From assembly GCA_000002445.1 (NCBI GenBank), contig AE017150.2, positions 384,001-448,000 on the forward strand: a DNA stretch of 64,000 nucleotides. The letters run 5' to 3'. Source of the stretch: Trypanosoma brucei. Taxonomy: Eukaryota. The notes below the pieces were generated by a model, which searched no databases, was not told the origin of the DNA, and saw only the letters and a program-made list of their open reading frames with translations. Below are positions 19,883 to 30,732 of this stretch, one piece after another (position 1 is the stretch's first letter; every line of letters begins with the position of its first letter). The position numbers were made by a program, and so were the translations under genes.

Positions 19883-21244
19883 TTAATTACTGCTGCCGCT
19901 GCTCTCAAAGTCATCTTCATACTCATCACCGCCGCTCACGCGACCCGACGGTTTGTGAAATGACATTCGGCTTTGCGGCCGTTCCGAATTCTCACAAATT
20001 GGTGGGATGCTCGGCGTCTTCTCTGATCGGGTTGAAACACTGCTCGGCTGAAGAAGCGGTCGCCGCGCCAGCGCACTTTTGGGCCGTTGCGGTGACATTT
20101 TTTGTTCAGCCAACGCATCCGTCACACCTTTGCTCTGCTCCAACCAAGAATCCAATTCGGAGGTCGCGACGCTAGTTTTTGCATTAGTGTTATTATTATT
20201 ATTATTGTTATTATTGTTATAATTATTATTGGTACTACCGCTGCTACAACCGTCACCACCACTCCCACTGGTGGATGCACCCATGGACCTTTTCTTGGCG
20301 CTGATGGCCTTCTGCACTATTTCCTCACCAAATATCTGTTTATAATATTTGGACTCCAGACAACTGAGTGGAACAGTGGAAAGATTGTTCTGGACGTAGG
20401 AACTACGCAGTGCGCGCCTAAGTGTTGGTCGTGTTACCGCGGATTTCTGTAAAAATGAATGAACCAAATCAATGAGAGGCGAGGAGTAACCATCTTCCGG
20501 TGTGATGAGTTGATACTCTCCGCGCGAGATCATCCGCATGAGTGTTGGTGCTGATGTGGAGTTGAAGGGGCGTTTCAGCATCATGAGTTCATACAAGGTG
20601 ACGCCGAGACTCCATATATCAGCCTTTCCATCATATGCCCGCTCCTCACAAAGTTCAGGCGCCATGTAAAGCGGCGAGCCACACGCCATCTTCGCCACCC
20701 CGCCAAGCTGATCGAGCACTACCGACACGCCAAAATCTCCTATACGAACGGTTCCGTCTTCGAAAATGAAGATGTTCTGTGGCTTAATGTCCCTGTGGAG
20801 GGTGCGCTGGTCAACATGCAGGAAATTCAATCCAACCAACATCTGAATCATAAGTGAGGCTACAAAACTCTCTTCTTCCTTCTTGTGACGGTACTGGAGC
20901 TGTTCAATACGCTGCCCCAAATCACCACCGTTGCAAAATTCCATGATGATGTACACCATGAACTTACCGTCGTGGTAGCGGTCGAGGAATTGCACAATGT
21001 TGGGGTGTCCCATAGAGCGGCGAAGTATACTCACCTCCATATCCAATGCCTTCATCTCTTCATCTTTTTTCATTGTTTGCATATCCACATCCTTCACAAC
21101 AACAAAACGATCACCACCTCCCTGCGCCGTTTCGTCCGCCTGCTCGTAAAGCGTTGCGCAACCGAAGCTTCCCTTCCCGAGTATGCGCTGACGCTTAAGT
21201 TTCCATATTCTGTTTTCGCCACGAAGCTCAAGGAGATCAGCCAT
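19883..21244 (-). CDS. NEK-family serine/threonine protein kinase
   Basis: The product has kinase subdomains GKGSFGC (Gly loop), VVVK, HRDIKPQNIF, DFG and SPLYMAPE. Its C-terminal tail contains an Asn-rich low-complexity run (NNNYNNNNNNNNNNTN). The tracked ORF starts further 5' at a GTG (ME KKKKK...). The first in-frame ATG is MADLLELRG at 21244, taken here as the start. Confidence 0.8.
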   Translation of the reverse strand: MADLLELRGENRIWKLKRQRILGKGSFGCATLYEQADETAQGGGDRFVVVKDVDMQTMKKDEEMKALDMEVSILRRSMGHPNIVQFLDRYHDGKFMVYIIMEFCNGGDLGQRIEQLQYRHKKEEESFVASLMIQMLVGLNFLHVDQRTLHRDIKPQNIFIFEDGTVRIGDFGVSVVLDQLGGVAKMACGSPLYMAPELCEERAYDGKADIWSLGVTLYELMMLKRPFNSTSAPTLMRMISRGEYQLITPEDGYSSPLIDLVHSFLQKSAVTRPTLRRALRSSYVQNNLSTVPLSCLESKYYKQIFGEEIVQKAISAKKRSMGASTSGSGGDGCSSGSTNNNYNNNNNNNNNNTNAKTSVATSELDSWLEQSKGVTDALAEQKMSPQRPKSALARRPLLQPSSVSTRSEKTPSIPPICENSERPQSRMSFHKPSGRVSGGDEYEDDFESSGSSN

Positions 21245-21865
21245 AAGTGAAGGGGGGATTTTACCTGAGCTACTACACCTATATGCAACGAGTGCAGGAG
21301 ATGTGTGCGTATTTGTATATGCCGCTTGTGTCTGTTCTTGTTCTTTTTTTTTCTTCTTTTCCACTTTCTTGGCTCTTATTTCTGTTTAAAATATTTAATA
21401 GAGCTCTATACTGATAAATATAAATACAGATAAATGTATACGTGTATTGTGTGACTATACGGCTGATTGTTAAAGTAACGAAGAGGGAAGGGAACACAAC
21501 CGGTCTTGTGGTTTGAGTTCACTTATAATCCCTATGTAAGTATCTTCTGCTTTGTTTGTAATAGAAATTTATTGTTGATTTATCTATTATTTATTTGTTT
21601 CCTTCCCCTTCCGCTACACCGTCTTTCCTTAGACGTCACTTTCGCACAAAAATGAGTGTAATTTAACGTCGTGTTGCGGATTCTTGTTTTCGTTGCTTCT
21701 GGCGTTTGTTTGTTTGTTTGCTTTTTTTTTTTTTAAAATGCAAATATCTGATACTCGACACACCGTAGTGATTGCGTTGTCTTTCACCACTTGCTTTTCC
21801 TTTTCCTTTTTAATATATTTTTTCTTTGTAATTTCCGCTAACAGTAGGACAATACAATATAAGCA

Positions 21866-21892
<27 letters not shown>
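21866..21892. repeat. (TA)n microsatellite
   Basis: An ATATAT... run in an intergenic spacer. Confidence 0.9.
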
Positions 21893-21898
<6 letters not shown>

Positions 21899-22887
21899 GT
21901 GAGGGTGATCATTCAACAAAGTGGGAGAGGAGGATGAAGGTAAATGACGGAGGTGGTTAACAAGAAAAAGCGAAAAGAAGTCAGGAGAGAAAAACGTAAA
22001 TAAAGAAAAGAACAAGAGAGAGAGAGAACAGAACAATGAATCACGATGGCAGGTGGCAGCAGTGCTTGAAAAGAACTAAAACTGTTAAGGAAACAACACA
22101 CAGACACACACACACATATATATATATATATGTATATATTACTATATATTTTGTTAAACTGCCGTGACGGTGTGGAAAAGACATGAAGGAGGACGGGAAG
22201 AGGGGGAAACTACTGATGCCTTATTGGTAGCGAATCGCCATTACAAATTAGTGAATTTCACTCTCCTTCTTTCCCCAAGGTTCGATAATGGCGAAAGGAG
22301 AGAGTTCAAAAAAAAAAAAGTAATAAAATTAACTCAATACGCAATTTTCAGACCCACATGCATATGTATATAAATATACTTGTGTTTTTGCATTATGTAT
22401 TCATCACTTTTATTTCGCAGCTGCAAATGGGGATGTGCAACCGCACCTGAGCTTGAGATGAAACCTCTAAACCAGTGGACCAATATTAATTAACTAAACG
22501 GCGGCATGTGATCCCGAGGGGAAGTGACAAAGGGGAGGAAAGGATAGAGGAGGGAGAGAGAGGGAGGGAAAAACAACAACAAAACAAAACAAAACAAAAC
22601 GAAACCAAGATAAAATCAAACATGACGAGGGAGAAGTGCGTGTAGAGGGCAATATTGCACTGAAAAAAATGTTTCCCACCCCAACAGCCTTTGCCTTACT
22701 TCTCTTTTCTTTTTTTGGTCGTTGCAAACACAGCAACAATCACAAAGTTGCAACTGGGAATCACTGCCTCTTCTCCATTTCCCTCTTCAATTAGTCATGG
22801 GAGAAGAGCATGCAGCAACGGCATGAATGTGTAAATAACTACCCACCTTAAGCACCGAATATGCGATGGAGGAACTGCAGGGGCGAT

Positions 22888-22929
<42 letters not shown>
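22888..22929. repeat. Compound (CA)n(TA)n microsatellite
   Basis: CACACACACACACACACATATATATATATATATATATG is visible in the sequence. Confidence 0.9.
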
Positions 22930-23313
22930 GTGCAATAGAAGGTGGGGCATTGTCATTACTTCTATGCTTTCCGCTTTCTCCATCTCCATCTCCATCTCCT
23001 CCATGCCTCTCTTCATTTTAATTTATTTCAGCTTAAATTCAATTCACTCCCACCCCACACTTCGTACGCTACGTTCATACTTACCGTGACAACCCCTTCC
23101 CTCTTCCCAACCTCAGTTTTGTACTTCTTTTCCCCCAAAGGTCCACTCCACTACATGTGACAAACCACTACCACTACCACATCACCAGCAGCAGCAACAA
23201 CAACAACAACAACGCCAAGCGCCACCATTTCCATTTCCATCTTCTCCATTTTTCCCTTTCCTTTTCCTTTTTTTTTTAAAAAAAAAACAAAAACCAAATT
23301 TTTCAACGTCTGT

Positions 23314-24006
23314 TTAGCAGCAACCGCCTTCCCGCCAACCGGCCCCTTCGCCGTCTTTTTGTTGCTGCGAAGGCGTAAGAAGAAACGGGTCTCGTCGCTT
23401 ACCCAACGGCACCGTTCCCTTCTCACAGATTTCCACTACGGGAATGGCCTCCGCCACCTTCCTAAAAAGTGATTTTACATTCGTCCCAGTTTTTGCACTG
23501 ACTTCAACAAAAATAAGCCGGTTTTCATCCGCGCGTTTCTGCGCCTCATCTGCGCTTACTTCCCTTTTTTCCTGCACATCACATTTGTTTCCCACAAGCG
23601 CAATTATGACATCATCCCCTCGCGCCGCCCGGACCTCATCTATCCATTTGAATGTACTGAGAAAAGAAGAACGAGATGTGATGTCGTACACCACAACGGT
23701 GGCTGCACTGTTTCGTATATAACTTGGAATGAGTGAACGAAACCGCTCCTGTCCAGCCGTATCCCACACATGCAGTCGTGTCGCCCGGTTATTTATATGC
23801 AACGTTTTGGAAAAGAAATCAATACCAATGGTTGCCTGATACTGTTGGTCAAATGTATCATACATAAAACGTGTAATGAGGCTCGTCTTCCCCACAGCCT
23901 GATCGCCGAGAAGAACAATTTTATGTTTAACCACCGGTGCGGTTTCAGCAGTGACGCCGTCCCCTCCCTTTTTTGTGGATGCAACTGGCGCTGAGTTTGT
24001 TTCCAT
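23314..24006 (-). CDS. RAB6: Rab6-like small GTPase
   Basis: The ATG at 24006 was verified. The protein contains G1 GDQAVGKTS, switch [11 protein letters not shown]3 [13 protein letters not shown] and ESAK. Its hypervariable tail ends in -GGCC, a double geranylgeranylation motif. The best family-level resemblance is to Rab6 ([36 protein letters not shown]). Confidence 0.8.
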   Translation of the reverse strand: METNSAPVASTKKGGDGVTAETAPVVKHKIVLLGDQAVGKTSLITRFMYDTFDQQYQATIGIDFFSKTLHINNRATRLHVWDTAGQERFRSLIPSYIRNSAATVVVYDITSRSSFLSTFKWIDEVRAARGDDVIIALVGNKCDVQEKREVSADEAQKRADENRLIFVEVSAKTGTNVKSLFRKVAEAIPVVEICEKGTVPLGKRRDPFLLTPSQQQKDGEGAGWREGGCC

Positions 24007-24514
24007 TCGATTCCTTTAAATTGCCTATGAAGAAATCACACACACACACACACACACACGCACCCCACTTGTTGCTGTTGCACAAAGTCGCTAACTTTTT
24101 CCTTTTTTATTTTTTACCTTTATTTATTTATTTATTTCTTTTTATCTTTTTTTTTGTTGTTCTATTCTACTCTATTCTGCTTTTTTCTTTCCTCTTAGCG
24201 TATATATATATATATATATATATTGAAATTATATATTCAACAATCGATACAACAAACAAACAAACAACAATTAAATATAAGTAAATATTTTTATTTATAT
24301 TTCTCGACGGTACCGATATGTGTATATGTATGTTCTTTTTTTTTTAAAAAAAAAGAATATTATTTTCCCCCTTTTCAACCCCCCAAATATTAGCAAGGGT
24401 AATAAACACAACAACAAAACACTAATAAAAATAAAACTTTTCTGCCGCTTGTACTAAATGGTGGCTGCCAACACGTTTCAACAGCCAACTCGCTTACACA
24501 CACACACACACACA

Positions 24515-24545
24515 CAAAAGAAAAAGAAAAAAAAGGAAAATACAA
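24515..24545 (-). promoter_or_regulatory. Candidate polypyrimidine tract (mRNA sense) for trans-splicing of the Rab6 mRNA
   Basis: The A/G-rich plus strand (AAAAGAAAAAGAAAAAAAAGGAAAA) gives a CT-rich tract on the minus-sense transcript ~500 nt upstream of the Rab6 ATG. AG dinucleotides follow it. It fits the kinetoplastid SL-addition signal pattern and is inferred only. Confidence 0.3.
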
Positions 24546-25056
24546 ACGAATTTGTGTAAATAATAAGATGAGGGAAAAGAATATATAGTAAAATATGCAT
24601 ATATATATATATATTTATTTATTTATTTATAGGTATGAATGTATATTCTTATTTATTTTTAAATGTAAATGAAATACTCCCACTCCCGCTTGCACTTTGT
24701 TTTGTGTAATTCTTTTTATTTTATTGTTTTATTTTGCGGCGAACCGATGACTGCTGCAAGTACATTTCATTACTGTTGTGAAATAATACAAACAAAATGT
24801 ACCCAAATAAACATGTTTTTTGTTTTTTTTTTTGCAAAATAAGTATTCATGTGAGTTTAAAAGGACGACACGGTACTTGAATTAATTTACTCACGCATTT
24901 CCATTAACTGAGCGCCATCCACTTGCCTCCTCCCTCCCCCCCCTCAATAAAACGACAACAACAAGAAAATAATAACAATAACAATAATATAAAATTGGGG
25001 GATGGGGGAAAAAAACATAAATAAATAAATAAATAAAGACACGCAAACATTTCCGT

Positions 25057-25383
25057 TTACTTCCCCTGCGCATCTGCGCGTCTCATGGCGTCTTGTTGTT
25101 GCCAATTCTCCACATTTTCACGGAATTCCACAACAAATTCATCAAAATCATGCCGCCTCGCGTCTTTATTTGCCATGACGGATTCATATAAGTGTGTTTT
25201 ACACGCAAATATTTCCACAATGGAACCCAATGCAAAACCCAATGCAAAAATACCCGACATTCGAATCGGATACGGTAATGTGCGATAATATCGAATAAAA
25301 CGTAAACTTCGCGTCCCATCACGGAGAAATGGATCGCCTTTACGTTTTGTTGCGCGTGCCATCACATTTTCAACATATGACAT
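25057..25383 (-). CDS. Small hypothetical membrane protein (108 aa, single TM with glycine-zipper-like GIFALGFALGS)
   Basis: It is the only ORF of any length in a 3.6-kb interval. It is co-oriented with the polycistron, has a basic N-terminus and one hydrophobic helix. It was not recognised as any known family. Confidence 0.35.
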   Translation of the reverse strand: MSYVENVMARATKRKGDPFLRDGTRSLRFIRYYRTLPYPIRMSGIFALGFALGSIVEIFACKTHLYESVMANKDARRHDFDEFVVEFRENVENWQQQDAMRRADAQGK

Positions 25384-27631
25384 GACACGTCTTTGCCTCT
25401 ACTACTGTTATTATTATTATTATTATTACTGGTAACTTTTGTGAAGTCGTTAAAATGTTGTTGTTTTATATATTATTCTCTACACTACTACTTCTTTTTT
25501 TTTTTTTTTGGGAAAATGGCTGACGCCAACAACTAAATTTTAGTTGACAACGCGTCGCCCAGAGTTCTCAGCTAGTGGAACATTAAAATGACAAACAAAT
25601 AAATAATTAAATAAATAATTAATTAATTAATGAAATAGAGAATGAAAAGAAAAAAAAAGTACATTTTCAAATTTATAAATGTCATTATATTGCAGATAAA
25701 AAGTCACAAATATAAACACATTTCGCATTTATTTATTTACAGGTGTTTAAATGGTGTTGTTGACGCAAGTTAATGGTACCCATTCGTGCATGATGATACA
25801 AAAAGAAAAAAAAAAGAACCTGTGTTTGTGTTTGTGTGAATACGTTTGTGTTTTGTTTTTGTGGTGTGTTGCTCAAATACATTACGGTATTGCAAAAAAA
25901 AAAAACAAACAACAACACAAACTCACATTCACTCAAATACGTAACGAATAGCGTACAAAGAGAGAAAAAAAGAAAAAAAAGAAAAGAAAAAAGATGATAG
26001 AGAAAACTAAAGGCAAAAAAAAGGGGTGGTGAAGGAGTGAATGAATGAAATAAAGTGAAAAGAAATCGAAAAGGAATTTATTGTCATCATTACCTCAACA
26101 GTAACAGTAACAACAATAGCAATAATAATAATAATAATTGTTGTTGTTGTTGCTTTATTTCCTTTCCTAAAGGATGGGAAAAAAACACAAGACGGAAACA
26201 AAACAGCCCTTTGCCAGGAAAAAAAAAAGAAAAAAGAAAAAGAAAAAGATGTATAAATTAAGGTTTAACTCGTGAAATGAAACGTATGATCAATGCGCGG
26301 CTACACATACATACAAATATGTATAAATATGTGTAAATATATAAATGTGTGCAAGAATGTGCATTGATTTTAAGTTTCCTTCACTTCTTCCTTATTTTTC
26401 TCTTTTCTCCTTTTTTGTTTCTTTTTAATTCGTAGCAACCAACATGTTTGCGTCGCATAAAATTTCTTTTTTTCTTCCTTTTTTTTTTTTGCGCACAAAT
26501 GTGTGGTGGAGGTTGAGGGAGCCAAAAAAGAAAGAAAAAAAACTAAAGAAATTCCCGCAGCAACACACCAGCAAAGAAGTGCGAAACGCAACCAAAATAA
26601 TAACAATAATAGTGGTAAAAAAAAAAAAACAAGAAAACAAACGAAAAAAAAAAACGAGGGGGTGAATGTATGAGGATAAGTGTGTGTGTGTGTGTGTGGG
26701 GCTCGGCTGTTTCTTCAAGGAAAAACTTTTTTCTCTTTGTATTATTTTTATTTTTTTTTATTTACGTTGAAGCAAATCATTGACTTCATCAGAGTCTTCT
26801 TTTTTTTTTTTTTTGGTTGCTCTTTTTTTTTTTTTAAAAAAATTTGCTCCCTTTCTCCATCCCTTTCTTCTTTTTCTTATTTCACCTGTTGTTTCTTCAC
26901 CTTTCAGCATCCATCACTTTTTCCCCCTAACCTTCCTGCTTCTCAGTACTAATAGTAATTATTATTATTAATAATAATAATCATCATCAGTCAATTTCCC
27001 TTCTGCGCTGCATGAACATACGCATTGTTTGGAGCCTAACATCCGCTACGGTACATATATAAATATATTTATATATGTATATATTTCCCCCTTTTCTTCT
27101 TTTTTCTTCTTGTAATCTCTTCTTTTCTTCTTTTCTTTTTTTTTTTACTCTTTTTAATAGATACATGCACACACAGGTACGCGGACACAAAATTACGCAA
27201 ACACGGACACAAAAAAAAAAAACCACGCATACATACGCACAATCACCAGCGCCACATGTATCCGTGCGCGCATCTTCCGTTACAATTATAAATACATCTG
27301 TACATCAATTTTTTTTTCTTCTTTATACACTCACTTACACTCACACTTACAGACATAGGCGCACAAACGCGTGTGTCTGTTTTGCATCACTAAAGCAGCG
27401 GGCAAAAGGAAAAGAGAGTGCCATTCCTAACCTAACATAACCTAACTACTTACTTACTTTCTTTTTTTTCTTTTTTCTTTTTCTTTTCCTTTCCTTTCCT
27501 TTTGCCTCTTTTGCTTTTGTTTTCATTTTTTTTTTACACATTTTACTGAGCTCCAATAAATCCTTCCTTCATCTTTCCTTCCCATTCTACATTCGTCTAC
27601 GGTATGGGAAGATGAAGGAAGTCGAATGAGT

Positions 27632-28696
27632 TTAAATGTATTGCTCCAAATGCTCATACAAGTTTTTGCGGCATCTTTCAATAAGATTCTCAAACACCGC
27701 ATCCGGTACATACGTGGAAGAGGAACGGTATTCATATACCGCCGTGTCAAAAGCTGTCAAGGAGCCGTTGTCATTTGCTTCAATGATTTTACGGACCAGT
27801 CTGTTTTCCTTCCCGTGCTGAAAATCCCGTTCCTCCTCCTGTAGAGCATGAAACCGCTTACGTGCGTAGTATAGGGAGTCAAAGTAACGGTCATTGTCAC
27901 CAAATCCTTCAGCCAACATACATAAGAGTGAAAGGAAGAATTGTCGAGTCTTTGGCCGACCACGCGGGGCATATGCCGTTTCTTCAACGAACAGTTTGGA
28001 TGCCTCCGTGTATTTCTTTAGCTCTACCGTCAAGGTGGTGATGCGCTCCATGCAGCCACGGCTAAAGGAGGACATAAAACTCCTGTTGCCGTAAAGTTCA
28101 ATGGCTTCCCTGTACAACTCAATCGCCCGTTCGGGTTCACCAAGGCGATCCTCCAGTAGAAGTGCCGAATCACGCTTGCAGCGGGCGGCTTGAAAGAAGA
28201 ATCCCCCTTTCTTTAGAGTCTCGGAAATCTTTTGCATTAAGTTCACAGCCAGAAGAGGTTCCACCAACTGCATGTTCTCCACAGCCAGTGAGAGGGCAGT
28301 GGTTGTTTCTTCCTCGTCTTTGAAAGCCCGCGTGATGATACTCGCGTGAAAGAAGGCACGTGCCGCTTCAGCGGGGTGACCACAACTTGCGAAGAGTCCA
28401 CCCGCCTCATTGAAAGCTTCACAGGCACCCAACCAATCCTCGCATTTCGAAAGCCCCCGCGACACATCCGTTTTAGCTTTTTCAAATATCTTTTCTGCCT
28501 CCTGCAGGCGCCCCCGAATATATTCCTCATCAAATCTGTTGGGTACCACACGTGCGTTGCTGGAAGGACAGCGGACAAGTTCCAGCGCGTCTGTGCATTC
28601 TACGGCTTCCTCCGATGTCATTAATTGATTCTTTGTTGTTGTTACGGTTGCTCTGTCTTTTTGTCTTTCCTTTCCTTTGGGTGTCTTTGTGTTCAC
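27632..28696 (-). CDS. SNAP-family (soluble NSF attachment protein-like) TPR protein, possibly gamma-SNAP-like
   Basis: The 354-aa product is all-helical. It has SNAP-like blocks (AIELYREAIELYGNRSF vs AIEIYTDMGRF; DNDRYFDSLYYARKRF vs KYSAKDYFFKAALCHF) and a C-terminal acidic/aromatic segment. The assignment is by remembered family resemblance only. Confidence 0.5.
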   Translation of the reverse strand: MNTKTPKGKERQKDRATVTTTKNQLMTSEEAVECTDALELVRCPSSNARVVPNRFDEEYIRGRLQEAEKIFEKAKTDVSRGLSKCEDWLGACEAFNEAGGLFASCGHPAEAARAFFHASIITRAFKDEEETTTALSLAVENMQLVEPLLAVNLMQKISETLKKGGFFFQAARCKRDSALLLEDRLGEPERAIELYREAIELYGNRSFMSSFSRGCMERITTLTVELKKYTEASKLFVEETAYAPRGRPKTRQFFLSLLCMLAEGFGDNDRYFDSLYYARKRFHALQEEERDFQHGKENRLVRKIIEANDNGSLTAFDTAVYEYRSSSTYVPDAVFENLIERCRKNLYEHLEQYI

Positions 28697-29665
28697 AAAA
28701 TTTGCGTGTTTGATATATAAATATATATTTCTGACTACTTCCCTCCGCTGCTACCACCTCCTCTTGACTGGTTCCCTTCAACTGTAGTTACCTCAGGAAA
28801 TTAAACCTTCAGTTCACTTTCAGGGAGAGCTCTAATGTATATATGCGTGTAAAAATATACACACCAAGTATTCCTATGGCTTGTGAAAGTAAGCGTACGA
28901 GCTTCGGGAGCGAGAGCGAGAGTAAAAAAGCAGGAAAAAAGGAAAGAAAAAAAAAAGAGCGAGGACAGGGAAAATGAGTAGAAATACAACGCTAAACTGA
29001 AAGTGTGAATGTCAGTGCCAAAAAAACCGATAAGAGGTAAGAGCACAAGACGGTGAAGGACAGTAGAGAACAATATAGACTGAGGTGTTCAGCACAAAAC
29101 CTCACGATTTGACTTCAACTCGCAGAGTCCGTTCTCGGAAACCAACACGAAACCCATGCTTTCTGCTTCTTCATTCTCCTTTTCCCCTCCTCCATCTTTT
29201 TGAACGTCTGGCGCCTTATTAATTACTCCGCACGCATTACCGCAAGCACAGACACATTTATATATAAATGTGTGTTTGTGTTTAAGTTCGTGTGGTCGTT
29301 AAACTGTGTGTGTGTGTGTGTGTGTATGTGAAGGGGGGAGAAACCGCAACTCGCCCCCGCGCACGACCTTCTCACTTCATTAATTCCACTGAATTCCCAC
29401 AGTGGTGCAACCGTTTCACCTTTTTTTTTTTTTGGCGCACCAGCGGCTAAAATTCGCACGCGTTACGTCCTTTCGCTTTCCTCCTTTTCATATCACCAAT
29501 GTGATGGCCAACGCCTTTTAGGATGCGTCCGCACGGCTTCACAGCCCAATAAGCACGAATGGCGAGTAGGAAACCCATTACGTATTCGTATAAATACGTG
29601 TGTCCAGATGTACACCGCTCGATTAACCAACCGAAACCTCGTTCAAAACTCACTCACTTGCTTAC

Positions 29666-30436
29666 TCATTCTAGGGCCATGCTGCAGTTCCTAAAAAAGA
29701 CAAAAAGAGTTTCTGCTGCTTTTGCTGCAAGCGCGAACATTCTTGACAGATCCTTTGGTGTGATGGGCCGACTATATGCGGAGGACCGCGGTCGCGCCTG
29801 AACCCTACTTGCCAAAACGGCCTCACCGCCGGTATTTGTCAGTACAAATGTTGCTGAGGCATAACTTCGCACCTCATCAGTCGACTCCTCAACTGCCGTC
29901 GGATCCAAAAAAATCTCCGGTTCGCCTTCATTTCCTGACGCCTCCGGATTACACATAATAAGACTAACCGCCGCAATGGTTGAACGACATGGCACTCCGG
30001 CATCGAGTAGTGCACACATAATTGCATTGGACGCCACAGCGAAAAGCGCGCCATCGTCCATCAACACCGTAACGTGAGCCTCCAGAACGCATCGGGGGAA
30101 GCGGTCCAAACAAACGATGGCCTCCACGAGGGAAGTGAGAAATTGTTTTAACTCACCATCCTCACACCGTTCCCGCTCCCTTCGCTCCATCATAATGAGG
30201 CGACCCGTGCCACCTTCCTGTGGAATACGAGCAGCGCGGTTGACGTGGATGCATGTGGTGCAACGACGGTAATTTTCCTGCCGTGCTGCCGTGGGTCCAT
30301 TAATTGCAACAGTGACAGCCGTAAGACCTTGTGAATACCACGCCGAACCGTCAAACTGACTGAGGTCAGAAGTGCGGAGTTCCTTTCCACGCATTTCACG
30401 CGCCGTCCGGCCATCGCGCCTCGATATTGTTGCCAT
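29666..30436 (-). CDS. Exosome RNase PH-like subunit (Rrp41-like)
   Basis: 'SRRDGRTAREMR...QFDGSAWYSQGLTAVTVAINGP' matches the RNase PH N-terminal motif (RxDGRxxxELR...ADGSA...GP). 'LMDDGALFAVASNAIMCALLDAGVP' matches the Rrp41 core (LQADGGTYAACVNAATLAVLDAGIP). The start is taken at the internal Met (MATISRR). The tracked ORF extends 59 codons upstream through a hydrophobic low-complexity leader. Confidence 0.7.
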   Translation of the reverse strand: MATISRRDGRTAREMRGKELRTSDLSQFDGSAWYSQGLTAVTVAINGPTAARQENYRRCTTCIHVNRAARIPQEGGTGRLIMMERRERERCEDGELKQFLTSLVEAIVCLDRFPRCVLEAHVTVLMDDGALFAVASNAIMCALLDAGVPCRSTIAAVSLIMCNPEASGNEGEPEIFLDPTAVEESTDEVRSYASATFVLTNTGGEAVLASRVQARPRSSAYSRPITPKDLSRMFALAAKAAETLFVFFRNCSMALE

Positions 30437-30687
30437 GAGAGTTACACTGATATGGGGATTAGCAACGTGTGGAAACAACAAAATAATAATAATCACCCCC
30501 GCAAGAGAGAGCCCGAGAGGGCTAAGAGGCTTTGATGTTGTTTTTGTTTTTATCCTAGTCTTGTTTTTAGAAGCGCTTGACACGCCCCTTATGTGTATGA
30601 AAATAAGGGACACCCCTGCCTTATGAGGGGTCAGTCACTTAATGTTGGCAGTTATACTCCAGAAGTGAAGATAACATACAAATAAAT

Positions 30688-30732
30688 ACACACACACACA
30701 CACAATATATATATATATATATATATATATGT
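30688..30732. repeat. Compound (CA)n(TA)n microsatellite
   Basis: CACACACACACACAATATATATATATATATATATATATAT is visible in the sequence. Confidence 0.9.

Noticed and set aside
21245-21364. N-terminal extension of the NEK kinase ORF (tracked start 'MEKKKKKEQ...')
   Set aside because: The codon at 21364..21362 is GTG, not ATG. The extension is encoded by a pyrimidine homopolymer-rich spacer. The first ATG (MADLLELRG at 21244) gives a normal kinase N-terminus.
30437-30613. 59-codon N-terminal extension of the RNase PH-like ORF
   Set aside because: It is a hydrophobic low-complexity leader (IIIILLFPHV) encoded by spacer-like sequence. The conserved RNase PH domain begins right after the internal Met.
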